From contig CAVPHB010000002.1 of assembly GCA_963704145.1 (NCBI GenBank), positions 67,878-131,877 of the forward strand: DNA of 64,000 nt, read 5' to 3'. Under the pieces are notes generated by a model. That model had not been told where the DNA came from and made no database searches. It worked only from the letters and a program-made list of their open reading frames with translations. This DNA comes from an uncultured Chloroflexia bacterium. GTDB taxonomy: Bacteria > Chloroflexota > Limnocylindria > Limnocylindrales > CSP1-4. Shown here piece by piece: positions 40,924 to 49,918 of the stretch (positions within the stretch are counted from its first letter, which is position 1; each line of letters starts with the position of its first letter). The position numbers and the translations under genes are program-made.

Positions 40924-41935
40924 ATGGACTTCGGATTCACGCTCAAGACGGATGAGTCGATCGACAGGACGATCGCGCTGACGCGCGCAGGCCGAGGCGG
41001 CCGGCTTCAAGTACGGCTGGCTCTTCGACTCGCACGTCCTGTGGAAAGAGCCATACCCGCTGCTCACGATCATGGCGCTCAACAGCGAGCGGCTCCGCCT
41101 TGGTACCTGCGTGACCAACCCGGCCACGCGAGAGCCGTCAGTGACCGCCAGCGCCCTGGCCACCCTCGACGTGATCAGCGACGGCCGGATGGACCTGGGT
41201 ATTGGCCGCGGTGATTCGGCGCGCCGCGTGATGGGCAAGCCGCCGACAACGCTCGCGCGCCTGGAGGAAGCGACCAATCTCATACGCGACCTGGTCGAAG
41301 GACGGACTGTCAACCAGGACGGCACGGACATTCAGCTGGCCTGGACACGCGGCGACAAGCTGCCGGTCTGGATCGCCGGCTACGGCCCCAAGGCGCTCGA
41401 GCTCATATCGCGCATCGCCGACGGCGTCATCCTCCAACTCGCCGATCCGGACCTGATCCGCTGGTTCGTGGGCCAGCTCCACGACTACGCGCGCCAGAAC
41501 GGCCGCGACCCAAGCGAGATCAAGGTCATGGCCGCGGCTGCTGCCCACGTCGGTGACCTCGCCGATTGCCGTGATCGGGTGCGCTGGTTCCCGGCGCTCG
41601 TCAGCAACCACGTCGCCGACCTGATCGAGCGCTACGAGCCCAAAGACCTGCCCCAAGAGCTGACCGACTACGTGCGCAAGCGGACCGCCTACAACTACCA
41701 GCACCATGCCGAAACGGGCTCAGACAACGCAGCGTTCGTTGCCGACGACGTGGTCGATCGCTTCTGCGTCATCGGTTCGGTCGACGACCACAAGCGCAAG
41801 CTGGCCGAGCTTGCCCAGGCCGGCGTCGACCAGTTCAACATCTACCTCATGAACGGCGACGAGGAGCAGACCCTGGAGGTCTACGCGCGCGAGATCATCC
41901 CGGCCACCAGGAACCTGGTGGCGTCGCGCGGCTGA
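40924..41935 (+). CDS. Luciferase-like (LLM class, probably F420-dependent) oxidoreductase; one frame break near 40985
   Basis: MDFGFTLKTDESIDRTIALTR, then (frame change) AGFKYGWLFDSHVLW...LGTCVTNP...GRMDLGIGRGD...VDQFNIYLM. Confidence 0.7.
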
Positions 41936-42043
41936 CGGTCGGCGCGACCGGGCTGACGCCACGGAACCGGGCCCGCACAGGGGGCGTCTCGAGGGCCCGG
42001 CCTATACTCGAACGGTCAACTCCCGGGCGCTGAGGCCAACCAA

Positions 42044-42886
42044 GTGATCTGCCCTTACTGCGGGCGACGCAACCCAGCCGGCGCCACGTTCTGCAGCCGG
42101 TGCCGACAACGACTGCCCGTTGCCGGGCGCGTTCCCAGCAACAAGCGACTCATCTTTGCCGAGCCGGCGGGCGGTGGCGGGGTCGGCGCGCTGGCCATTG
42201 GCGCGGCGCTGCTGGCCGGCTTCGTGTTCATCGGCGGCGCGGCGGCGCTGTACCTGTCGTCCCCGCCCGGCAACCCCACGCTGCCGCCCAATTTCGGCGG
42301 CACGCAGACCCCCGGGCCGACGCTCGACATCTTTGTCCAGCCGACCCCGACGCCCAGCCCGTCGCCACAGCCCACGCCCAGCCCGACCTTCTTCCTGAAC
42401 TCCCCGACCCCGACGGCGTCGTTCGAGCCGTCGCCCTCGCCAACGCCGTTTGGTCCGACTCCGTCGCCCAAGCCCACCCGCACACCGCGACCGCCGTGTG
42501 ACGCGAACGGCCTGCCGCCGGGCTGCAAGCCGACCCCGCCACCGGCGACGCCGACGCCGGAGCCGACGCCCGCCGGCCCGGTCGCGAAGTTCTCGTGGGA
42601 TCAGGTGGGGACCAGCTTCACCGTCAGCTTCACCGATACCAGCACCGGCGGACCCACGTCGTGGGCGTGGGACTTCGCTGGCCTGGGCACCTCGGACCTC
42701 CAGACCCCCCCCAGCTTCGAGTTCCCGGCCTACGACCGTGACTACACCGTGACGCTAACGGTGACCAACGCCAACGGAACGAGCACCAAGCCGAAGACCG
42801 TCACCCTGCAGGCGCCGCTGTGCACTGGGACAGACGACCCGCCGGGGTGCATTCCGACCCCGCCGCCGCCGGCGCCGGCGCTCTGA
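42044..42886 (+). CDS. Zinc-ribbon / TM / Pro-Thr-Ser-rich / PKD-domain protein
   Basis: ICPYCGRRNPAGATFCSRCRQRL, a hydrophobic helix, a long P/T/S linker, then FSWDQVGTSFTVSFTDTSTGGPTSWAWDF...YTVTLTVTNANG (PKD-like). Confidence 0.7.
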   Translation: MICPYCGRRNPAGATFCSRCRQRLPVAGRVPSNKRLIFAEPAGGGGVGALAIGAALLAGFVFIGGAAALYLSSPPGNPTLPPNFGGTQTPGPTLDIFVQPTPTPSPSPQPTPSPTFFLNSPTPTASFEPSPSPTPFGPTPSPKPTRTPRPPCDANGLPPGCKPTPPPATPTPEPTPAGPVAKFSWDQVGTSFTVSFTDTSTGGPTSWAWDFAGLGTSDLQTPPSFEFPAYDRDYTVTLTVTNANGTSTKPKTVTLQAPLCTGTDDPPGCIPTPPPPAPAL

Positions 42887-42932
42887 GTCGCGGCACGCCG
42901 CTCGGATCCGAATTCATCGACCCCAGAACCAG

Positions 42933-42960
42933 GAGACCGCCGGTGGTGACCGGCGGTCTC
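42933..42960. terminator. Perfect 12-bp stem / 4-nt loop hairpin between convergent genes (candidate bidirectional intrinsic terminator; no clear U-tract)
   Basis: gagaccgccggt-ggtg-accggcggtctc read directly. Confidence 0.5.
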
Positions 42961-42994
42961 GTCATCTGGATCCAGCCTCGGAAATGAGGCCCGA

Positions 42995-43093
42995 TCAGTT
43001 CCAGCGGTGGCCAGACTCAGCGAGGGGGGCGGTGCCGGAACGCACCGGCGTCGGAAGCGCCAGGAACTCGTCGCCACGAAGCGAGCGCTTCAC
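42995..43093 (-). CDS. Small ORF 2, copy A (32 aa): VKRSLRGDEFLALPTPVRSGTAPLAESGHRWN
   Basis: GTG sits 3 nt after the sORF1-A stop. Copy B keeps frame and near-identical length, with several synonymous changes in the conserved C-terminal half. Confidence 0.35.
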   Translation of the reverse strand: MKRSLRGDEFLALPTPVRSGTAPLAESGHRWN

Positions 43094-43096
43094 GGC

Positions 43097-43237
43097 CTAG
43101 AGCTCCGCGGCGTACGGCGCGGGTGGGGGCGGCGCGTACGACGGAGCGAAGCCCCACCGCATCCCTGCGCCAAGGGTCAGGGCCATCGATGCAATCAGCA
43201 CGAGGGCCAGCGTGAAGCGCGCCAGGTTCGCCTTCAC
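43097..43237 (-). CDS. Small hydrophobic peptide, copy A (46 aa): (M)KANLARFTLALVLIASMALTLGAGMRWGFAPSYAPPPPAPYAAEL
   Basis: AAGGAG lies 5 nt before GTG 43237. Versus copy B there are 3 synonymous and 3 conservative changes in the shared 28 codons. The upstream part of the 151-aa track ORF is non-coding leader. Confidence 0.6.
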   Translation of the reverse strand: MKANLARFTLALVLIASMALTLGAGMRWGFAPSYAPPPPAPYAAEL

Positions 43238-43269
43238 TTCTACTCCTTTCGAGCAGTTGCGGAGCACCA

Positions 43270-43365
43270 GTTGGCCGGCGGCTGGGCGGTCTTCCAGTCC
43301 CATAGGTGGAAGGTCCCTGGCTTTGCGTCCCCGCCTCACGACGGGTTTGCCCTGGACGGTTGCCC
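43270..43365 (-). promoter_or_regulatory. c-di-GMP-I (GEMM-I) riboswitch-like aptamer, copy A
   Basis: Minus-strand RNA: CCAGGGCAAACCCGUC-GUGA-GGCGGGGACGCAAAGCCAGGGACCUUCCA...UGGAAGACCGCCC. From memory of V. cholerae Vc2: CACAGGGCAAACCAUUC-GAAA-GAGUGGGACGCAAAGCC. GNRA-capped P1 hairpin and P2 stem are present. Confidence 0.75.
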
Positions 43366-43395
43366 GGTGGAGGAATCTTGCGTTCCTCGGGTGGC

Positions 43396-43424
43396 ACGCT
43401 ACGGCGGCTGTCCTGCGCGGCCAA
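43396..43424 (-). promoter_or_regulatory. Candidate sigma70-type promoter of unit A (-35 TTGGCC, 17-nt spacer, -10 TAGCGT)
   Basis: The hexamers and spacing are conserved exactly in both tandem units, about 40 nt upstream of the aptamer. Confidence 0.35.
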
Positions 43425-43552
43425 TGGCCCATGTGTACTCGCGCCGTCGCTGACCAACGAGAGGTGTCCCCGCGCACCGGCTGCCGCGCCTCGTGCATGC
43501 CACCGCCGTGAGTCGCAGCACAGGGTCCGCGCGCCAGCCGCGGGAGAATCAC

Positions 43553-43580
43553 GAGACCGCCGGTGGGGACCGGCGGTCTC
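43553..43580. terminator. Perfect 12-bp stem / 4-nt loop hairpin ending unit B (same stem as 42933-42960, loop gggg)
   Basis: gagaccgccggt-gggg-accggcggtctc read directly. Confidence 0.5.
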
Positions 43581-43613
43581 GGTTCGAGATCGAGCCTCTT
43601 GATTGAGGCGAGA

Positions 43614-43709
43614 TCAAATCCAGCGGTGGCCGGCCTCCGGAAGGGGGGCCGTGCCGGAACGTACCGTCAGCGACAGTGCGAGCTCACAGCCGGTCAGCAA
43701 CTGCTTCAC
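43614..43709 (-). CDS. Small ORF 2, copy B (31 aa): VKQLLTGCELALSLTVRSGTAPLPEAGHRWI
   Basis: Same position and frame logic as copy A. Shared VRSGTAPLxExGHRW C-terminus. Confidence 0.35.
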   Translation of the reverse strand: MKQLLTGCELALSLTVRSGTAPLPEAGHRWI

Positions 43710-43711
43710 GG

Positions 43712-43801
43712 CTAGTACCACCGCATCCCTGCGCCGAGGGTCAGGGCCATCGATGCGATCAGCATGAGGGCCATTGTGAAGTGCGCCAGGTTCGCCTTCA
43801 C
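43712..43801 (-). CDS. Small hydrophobic peptide, copy B (29 aa): (M)KANLAHFTMALMLIASMALTLGAGMRWY
   Basis: Identical AAGGAG-N5-GTG context. Lacks the ~51-nt 3' extension of copy A. Confidence 0.6.
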   Translation of the reverse strand: MKANLAHFTMALMLIASMALTLGAGMRWY

Positions 43802-43834
43802 TTCTACTCCTTTCGAGCAGGTGAGCAGGCACCA

Positions 43835-43932
43835 GTTCGCCGGCGGCTGGGCGGTCTTCCGGTGACCCAGAGATGGAAGATCCCTAGCTTTGCGTCTCCG
43901 CCTCACGACGGGTTTGCCCTGGACGAGTTCAC
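43835..43932 (-). promoter_or_regulatory. c-di-GMP-I (GEMM-I) riboswitch-like aptamer, copy B
   Basis: CCAGGGCAAACCCGUC-GUGA-GGCGGAGACGCAAAGCUAGGGAUCUUCCA...CGGAAGACCGCCC. Same architecture as copy A. Confidence 0.75.
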
Positions 43933-44633
43933 CTGTGGAGGAGCTTCTGTTCCTCGGGTGGCACGCTACGACGGCTGTCCGGTTCGGCCAATGGCCCATG
44001 TGTACCCGGCGCCTGAACGACCAATGAGAGGTGCCTCGGTGCACCGGCCGCGTGGGTGCGCGCCCGGTCGCGGATCGACCGGGTCACCCCGGCCGCGGCA
44101 GGCACGCACCGGCTCCTGGTGCGCATGGCCGTCGCGATCGCCCACACCACGCCCACGGCGATCAGCACGTCGCCAATGCTGAACACGTTGGCAAGAGGCA
44201 GCCAGCGCGGCAGGGCGAAGATGTCGGTCAGCATCTCGAGCGCCGGATGGGCCATCATCGCGCTGTTCGAGTAGCCCTCCGGCACCCCTTTGCCGAGCGC
44301 GGCCATGGCAGCCGCCCCGGCCGGCATATAGCCACCGTTGGCGATGATCGCGGCCAGGTTGCCGACCGATCCCAGCGCCACGATCGGAAGGCCCGGGATG
44401 CGCGCGTTGCGGATGACGGCGGCCAACACGGCGGCCGTCGAGGCGACATAGAGCAGCGGCCCCAGGTCTCCGACCCGCTCCGAGACAACGGTCGAGAAGA
44501 GCACCACCTGGACGATGAGACCAGCGAAGACGACCGGCTTCCAGTGGAACCTGATGTGGGACAGACGCGTCGTGTCGCCGCCGAGCAGCACGCCCAGCGC
44601 GACGCCGATCAGAACGGCGTAGAGGATGAACAT
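43929..44633 (-). CDS. Small polytopic membrane protein (hypothetical); annotated 3' end probably too long
   Basis: MFILYAVLIGVALGVLLGG... has about 5 hydrophobic helices and starts 7 nt after the GGDEF-EAL stop. The last ~40 codons overlap the conserved unit-B promoter/leader, so the true stop may lie near 44050. Confidence 0.55.
   Translation of the reverse strand: MFILYAVLIGVALGVLLGGDTTRLSHIRFHWKPVVFAGLIVQVVLFSTVVSERVGDLGPLLYVASTAAVLAAVIRNARIPGLPIVALGSVGNLAAIIANGGYMPAGAAAMAALGKGVPEGYSNSAMMAHPALEMLTDIFALPRWLPLANVFSIGDVLIAVGVVWAIATAMRTRSRCVPAAAGVTRSIRDRARTHAAGAPRHLSLVVQAPGTHGPLAEPDSRRSVPPEEQKLLHR
43963..43991 (-). promoter_or_regulatory. Candidate sigma70-type promoter of unit B (-35 TTGGCC, 17 nt, -10 TAGCGT)
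   Basis: Same hexamers and spacing as unit A. Confidence 0.35.
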
Positions 44634-44640
44634 TGCCGCG

Positions 44641-47302
44641 TCAGGACGCCGGGTTCAGTCGCACGGCGGGCCGCCGACGGCCGGCTGGCAGCGCCGCCGG
44701 ACGGGCAGCCGCGGATGCGGGCCGGTCGAGCAGCAGGCGCCGGACGGCGGCAGCAGTGAGCGGGCGGGCGAACAGGTAGCCCTGCCCCAGCTCGCAACCC
44801 AGGTCGCGCAGGCGCTCGAGCTGGCCCCGCTGCTCGATTCCCTCGGCGATGATGCGCAGGTCCAGCGTCCGGCCAAGAGCCACGATGGCGTGGGCAAACG
44901 CCCACTCGTCGGGGCCGGCATCGGGGTGCGGAACGAAGTCCTTGGCGATCTTGAGGATGTCGACGTCGAACCGGCGCAGGTAGCCAAGCGATGAGTAGCC
45001 GGTCCCGAAGTCGTCGATCGCGATCTGAACCTTGAGTGTGCGCAGCGCCTCGAGCCGGGCGATGGTCATGTGCGTATCGCTGAACATCGCCGTCTCGGTC
45101 ATCTCGAGCACCAGCCGTTCGGCGGGGAACCCGGTCTCGTGCAGGATGCCCTCGAGATCGGCCGCAAAGTCGGGCTGCTTCAGCTGGTGCGCCGAGAGGT
45201 TCACCGTCAGCAACAGCCCGTTCGGTCGGCTGCCGAGGCGGTCGAAGACAGCCGCCTGGCGGCATGCTTCGACGAGCACCATCCGACCCAAGGGCAGGAT
45301 GGTGCCGCTCTCCTCGGCCAGCGGAATGAACTCGTCCGGCTCGACCAGGCCGCGCACCGGGTGGCGCCAGCGGACGAGCGCTTCGACGCCCACGATCGCC
45401 CTGCTGCGCAGGGCGACGATGGGCTGGTAGAGCACGCTCAGCTCGCCGCGGTCGATCGCCTTGCCCAGGTCGGAGGTCATCGAATGACGGGCGACGATGG
45501 CCGAGTGGACGGTCGGATCGAACACGGCGAACTTGCCGTTGGCCCTCCGCCTTGGCGGTGTACATCGCCACGTCCGCGTTGCGCAGCAGCTCCTCGGGCC
45601 GCCGTGTGTCAGGCGTCGCCGCCGCGATGCCGATGCTGCCCGAGATGCTGACATCCTGGCCTTCGACCGAGAATGGGACCTTCAGCGCGTCGAGCACACG
45701 ATGCGTGACCGCGATTGCGCGGGCCAGGTCCGGCCCGTCCTGCATCAGTACCGCGAACTCGTCGCCGCCCAGCCTGACCACCAGGTCGCTCTCGCGCATA
45801 CAGTCGCGCATCCGGGCGGCCACGGCCACGAGCAGCTGGTCGCCGGCGGCATGGCCGAGGCTGTCGTTGACGAACTTGAAGTCGTCCAGGTCGAGGAACA
45901 GCACGACCGTCAGCCGGCCCACCTCGTTGTCGGCGAGCATCTCTTCCACGCGCTCGGCCAAGAGACTGCGATTGGCCAACCCGGTAAGCGGGTCGTGATA
46001 GGCCTGGTAGCGCAGCTCCTCCTTGAGCCTGGACAGCTCGGCCAGCGACTGCTCGAGCTGGCCGTTCTCGAGCGCGACTGCCGCCTGGTTGGCCAGTGTC
46101 TCCAGCAATCGCAGATCCTCGGCCAAGAAGGACGTGCCTTCGGTTAGCCGGTTGGCAACCATGATCGAGCCGATCAGCCCCGATTCGCCGCGCAGCGGGG
46201 CGACCATCGCCTGGCGCACGCCGGATTGGTCTCGCTCCGCCGGGGTGGGGATGTGGAAGAAGGCGTGGTCCTCAACCGCGACGCGGGCGAAGATCGGATG
46301 GTCCTGCGCCACCCGCACGGGCGTCATGACCTTCGACACGTCGCCGTTGGCGACGCTCGTCAGCAAACCCTCGGTCTGATCCTCGCGCGGATAGAGGAGC
46401 AGCTCCGCGCGCTCCGCGCGGAACATGTCGCGCGCGTGATCGAGCAGCGCGACCACGGCCAGGTCAAGCTCGCGCGAGTCCTGCAGGATGCGGCTGGACT
46501 GATAGAGCAGCTCGAGCCGCTCGTGCTTCTCGCGCTCGGAGAGGTAGGCCCGATAGGCCAGGAAGACGGTCGCCAGCGGGACGATCAGCAGCGTCATCAG
46601 CCACGCGTCGCTCTGGATGACCGTTACCGCGAGCAGTGCCAGGCTGGTGTTGGCGACGGCCACCAGCCCCCCGAACTGGACCATCTCGGGCAGCTTTTCG
46701 TACTGCGGCGCGCCGCCCGAGAGTGAGATCGCCGTGGCGATGGTGAAGGAGCTCAGCACCGCCGCGGCAAATGTCGCGGCGAAGGCCGTCATCCACATCT
46801 CGGGCCGGCCGCCTTGGGCGAGGTCCAGGCCAATGTGGAAGATGGCCAGCGTCAGTGTGCCCGCCGCCGCGAAGTTGACCAGGTTGAACGCGAGCTTGAG
46901 CGGCGACTGGCGTGACAGCACGAGCGCGATCGCGGTGCCGCTCATCAGGGCCAGCAGATAGCTGCCCGGCTCGAGCGTAAACAGGCCGATGACGGCCGGG
47001 AACTCGCTGAGCGAGAAGGAGTGCTTCTCACGCTTGAAGTGGACGTCGACGACCTTCAGCTCGGCGGCCAGGAAGCCGGCCGCCAGCAGCGGCCATGGGA
47101 GGCGCACCCCGTCCGGCAGCGCGAAGGACCGGCCGCTGAGAACGAACGCGTAGACAACACCGGTGATGAGGGCGAGCAGCAGCGTGAAGAGCGCCACGCG
47201 CAGCGCCGGTCGCTCCGCGAACGCAGCAGCGATCGATCGGACTAACGGCGTCATTTCGTCGCGAATGTTGATCCCGGGGCCTGGCCGCTCGGAATTCGGC
47301 AT
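44641..47302 (-). CDS. Membrane sensor / GAF-like / GGDEF / EAL c-di-GMP turnover protein (one frame break near 45560)
   Basis: About 8 TM helices. YHDPLTGLANR...RLGGDEFAVL (GGDEF). Then in a second frame (track ORF 44641-45654): YQPIV, EALVRW, LEMTE, IAIDDFGTGYSSL, AEGIE, QGYLFARP (EAL). Confidence 0.85.
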
Positions 47303-47536
47303 GCCTCGACCATCGGCCACGCTGATAATGCCCTCGGTAGCGGTTGCATAACCCTTTCTACTCGGCTCGCAGGGCAATGGCGGTAACTCGAAGGTACTGC
47401 GCCGAACACCTGACCCGTCCAGATGGGTGCTGTAGGGCCATCCAGGCCCCTCGTGTGGCGTGTCGGTCGCCTGTACTATTCGGTTCGGTGGTGAGCGAGG
47501 CGATCGGACGCCGTTCCGGGCTGTGAGGACGACGAA

Positions 47537-48361
47537 TTGAACTGCCCGAGTTGCGATCGTCTCAACCCACCCGACGCTCTCTTCTGCAACCGCTGCGGTG
47601 CGCGATTGCGAAAGGGCGGCGTCACCTACCGCAACAGGCAGCAGACCCAGCCGTGGCGCGTGGGACAGGCTGTGCTGGCTTTCAGCCTCCTCCTGTTGGC
47701 CGGTGCCGTCGTGGTCGTTGGCGCGATGGTGCTGGTCAAGTCTGGGCAGCCGGGGGCGACGCCCACGTCAGCCGCGGCCGCTTCATCGTCGCCCAGCCTG
47801 CCGCCCTTCGTGCAGCCAACGCCCACGGTCTTGCCAAGCCCGTCACCGCCGCCCAGCCCGACGCCGCCGTTCGTCTTGCCTACCCCGTCCGTGTCACCGT
47901 CGCTGCCGATCGAGTCGCCCAGCCCGAGCGCCGGTCCAACGCCAACCCCGACGGCGGCTCCCACACCCACACCCGAGGCAACGCCGGTCGACTGCGCCGT
48001 CCAGCCCGGCACCAACATCAAGACGATCTTCCTGGGCATCGGCAATCCGGAGTCACGCGGGCCGCTGCCCAAGACGTGGTGCGTCCGCAGCGTGACCATC
48101 CGGCACGTTTCCGGCTTCGGCACGGCGCGGCTGCTGCGCGACGGACGGCTGCTCTTCGAGGCTTCCTGCGCGGCTCCCGGAGCGTGCCCTGACTCGGTCA
48201 ACGAGTTCTCGCCACCCCGTCGCGTCCGGCTGGGTTCGACCCTGATCTACGGGTTCGTGTGCGCCGACGACCCGGCCACGATCGAGGTCGACGAGTGCAC
48301 CGATGCCACGCCGGACGGTGCGACCATCCAGATCGACTACGAGCCGATCGCCGGACCCTGA
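47537..48361 (+). CDS. Zinc-ribbon / TM / Pro-Ser-Thr-rich protein with Cys-containing C-terminal domain
   Basis: NCPSCDRLNPPDALFCNRCGARL, a TM helix, a P/S/T linker and a ~120-aa C-terminal domain with 5 Cys. Apparent TTG start with GAGGA upstream. Same layout as 42044-42886. Confidence 0.6.
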   Translation: MNCPSCDRLNPPDALFCNRCGARLRKGGVTYRNRQQTQPWRVGQAVLAFSLLLLAGAVVVVGAMVLVKSGQPGATPTSAAAASSSPSLPPFVQPTPTVLPSPSPPPSPTPPFVLPTPSVSPSLPIESPSPSAGPTPTPTAAPTPTPEATPVDCAVQPGTNIKTIFLGIGNPESRGPLPKTWCVRSVTIRHVSGFGTARLLRDGRLLFEASCAAPGACPDSVNEFSPPRRVRLGSTLIYGFVCADDPATIEVDECTDATPDGATIQIDYEPIAGP

Positions 48362-48415
48362 ATCGGCGGCGGCTCAGCCGTCGCCACCATTCGGCCAAGG
48401 CCTGAGGAGGGACAG

Positions 48416-49819
48416 ATGCGCACCCTGATCATCAACGGCACGGTCGTGAACGCCGATGTTTCGACCGTCGCCGACGTGCTGCTCGATGGCGAAACGATCA
48501 CAGCGGTAGGTCGCGGCCTGGCTGGGACCGGCATGGCCGGCGCCGTGGATCGGACGATCGACGCCGCGGGCAAGTACGTCATCCCCGGTGCGATCGACGT
48601 CCACACGCACATGGAGCTGCCCTTCGGCGGCACGTTCGCCAAGGACACCTTCGAGAGCGGCACGCGCGCGGCGGCCTTCGGCGGGACGACCTCGATCATC
48701 GACTTCGCCGTCCAGCCGCGCGGCGGGTCGCTGCGCGCAGGGCTCGATATCTGGCATGCCAAGGCGCAGGGCAACGCCTACGTCGACTACGGCTTCCACA
48801 TGATCATGTCGGACGTCAACGACGCGACGCTGGCCGAGATGGACCAGCTGGTCCTCGAAGGCGTGACCGACTTCAAGCTGTTCACCGCCTACCCGGGCGT
48901 CTTCCTGTCCGACGATGGCGCGATCTTCCGCGCCATGCAGCAGACCGCCAAGAACGGCGGCCTGATCATGATGCACGCCGAGAACGGCCCCGTCATCGAC
49001 ATCGTCGCGGCGCAGGCGGTGGCTGAAGGCAAGACCGACCCGTACTGGCACGGCGTGGTGCGCTACCCCGTCTTCGAGGGCGAGGCAACGAACCGCGTCA
49101 TTCGCCTGGCGGAGGCGGCCGGCGTGCCCGTCTACATCGTCCACCTGTCGTCGCGCGACGCGCTGAACGAGGTCCGCGCGGCCCGAGATCGGGGCTCGAT
49201 GGCCCTTCGCCGAGACGTGCCCGCAGTACCTGTTCCTGTCGCTCGACGACATGGGCAACGGCTTCAACGGCGCCAAGTTCGTGTGCTCGCCGCCGCTCCG
49301 CCCGGCCGACCACCTCGAGGAGCTGTGGCGCGGGCTGGTCCGAGATGATCTGCAGGTCGTCTCGACCGACCACTGCCCGTTCGACTTCGAGACGCAGAAG
49401 CAGCTCGGAGTGGGCGACTTCCGCAAGGTGCCCAACGGCCTGCCCGCCGTCGAGGATCGGGTCGACCTGCTCCACGACGGCGGGGTGGTCGGTGGCCGGC
49501 TGACGAGGGAGCGCTGGGTGGAGGTCATCTCGGCCGCGCCGGCGCGCATGTTCGGCCTTGCCGGCGTGAAAGGCGTCGTGGCGCCGGGCGCCGACGCCGA
49601 CATCGTGATCTACGATCCGGCCCGGCAGCACACCGATCTCTGCCTCGACGCATCACATGGCTGTCGACTATTCGTGCTACGAGGGCCGCCTCGGTGACCG
49701 GCGGCTCCGACATCGTTCTGTCGCGCGGCCGAGTCATTGTTGAGAACGGTGAGTGGACGGGCGAGCGCGGCTGGGGCAAGTTCCTGAAGCGCAGCACCGC
49801 GCGCGAGTACCTGACCTAG
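48416..49819 (+). CDS. Dihydropyrimidinase / D-hydantoinase (two frame breaks near 49200 and 49650)
   Basis: GAIDVHTHMELPFGG, DFKLFTAYPG, MMHAENG and YIVHLSS, then ETCPQYLFLS...VSTDHCPF (frame 2), then HMAVDYSCYEG...KFLKRS (frame 3). Cyclic amidohydrolase motifs in order. Confidence 0.8.
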
Positions 49820-49918
49820 TCGGGCGCCCGCGCCAAACGCTCAACTGTCCGGTCCGCAGCCCGGCGGCGATCAGACGGACGCAAGGCGGGTTGTATTCGC
49901 CACACGCGGCTGTAATGT

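Larger units (their letters stand above)
42933..44050 (-). repeat. Tandem duplication (period 620 bp) of a promoter / riboswitch / two-sORF / hairpin cassette
   Basis: The hairpins at 42933 and 43553 define the period. Leader, sORFs and 3' region align along the whole unit with scattered substitutions and small indels. Confidence 0.85.

Noticed and set aside
43270-43500. Alternative riboswitch assignments for the same leader. Cobalamin: CCGGAAGACCGCC resembles a B12 box. ydaO/c-di-AMP: GACAGCCGUCGUAGCG resembles its 3' box. Glycine and ZTP were also considered.
   Set aside because: The other obligatory boxes of those classes are absent. The GGCAAACC...GNRA...ACGCAAAGC pattern fits c-di-GMP-I much better. 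The GACAGCCGUCGUAGCG stretch is better explained as spacer plus the -10 of a conserved promoter.
43097-44044. The 151-aa and 110-aa track ORFs that run through the riboswitch leaders into the small hydrophobic peptides, which could be read as ~110-150-aa proteins.
   Set aside because: The conserved block GGAAGACCGCCCAGCCGCCGGC is read in different frames in the two copies. An indel restores the frame only just before the AAGGAG-GTG. Conservation is therefore at the RNA/DNA level, so only the last 29-46 codons are called.
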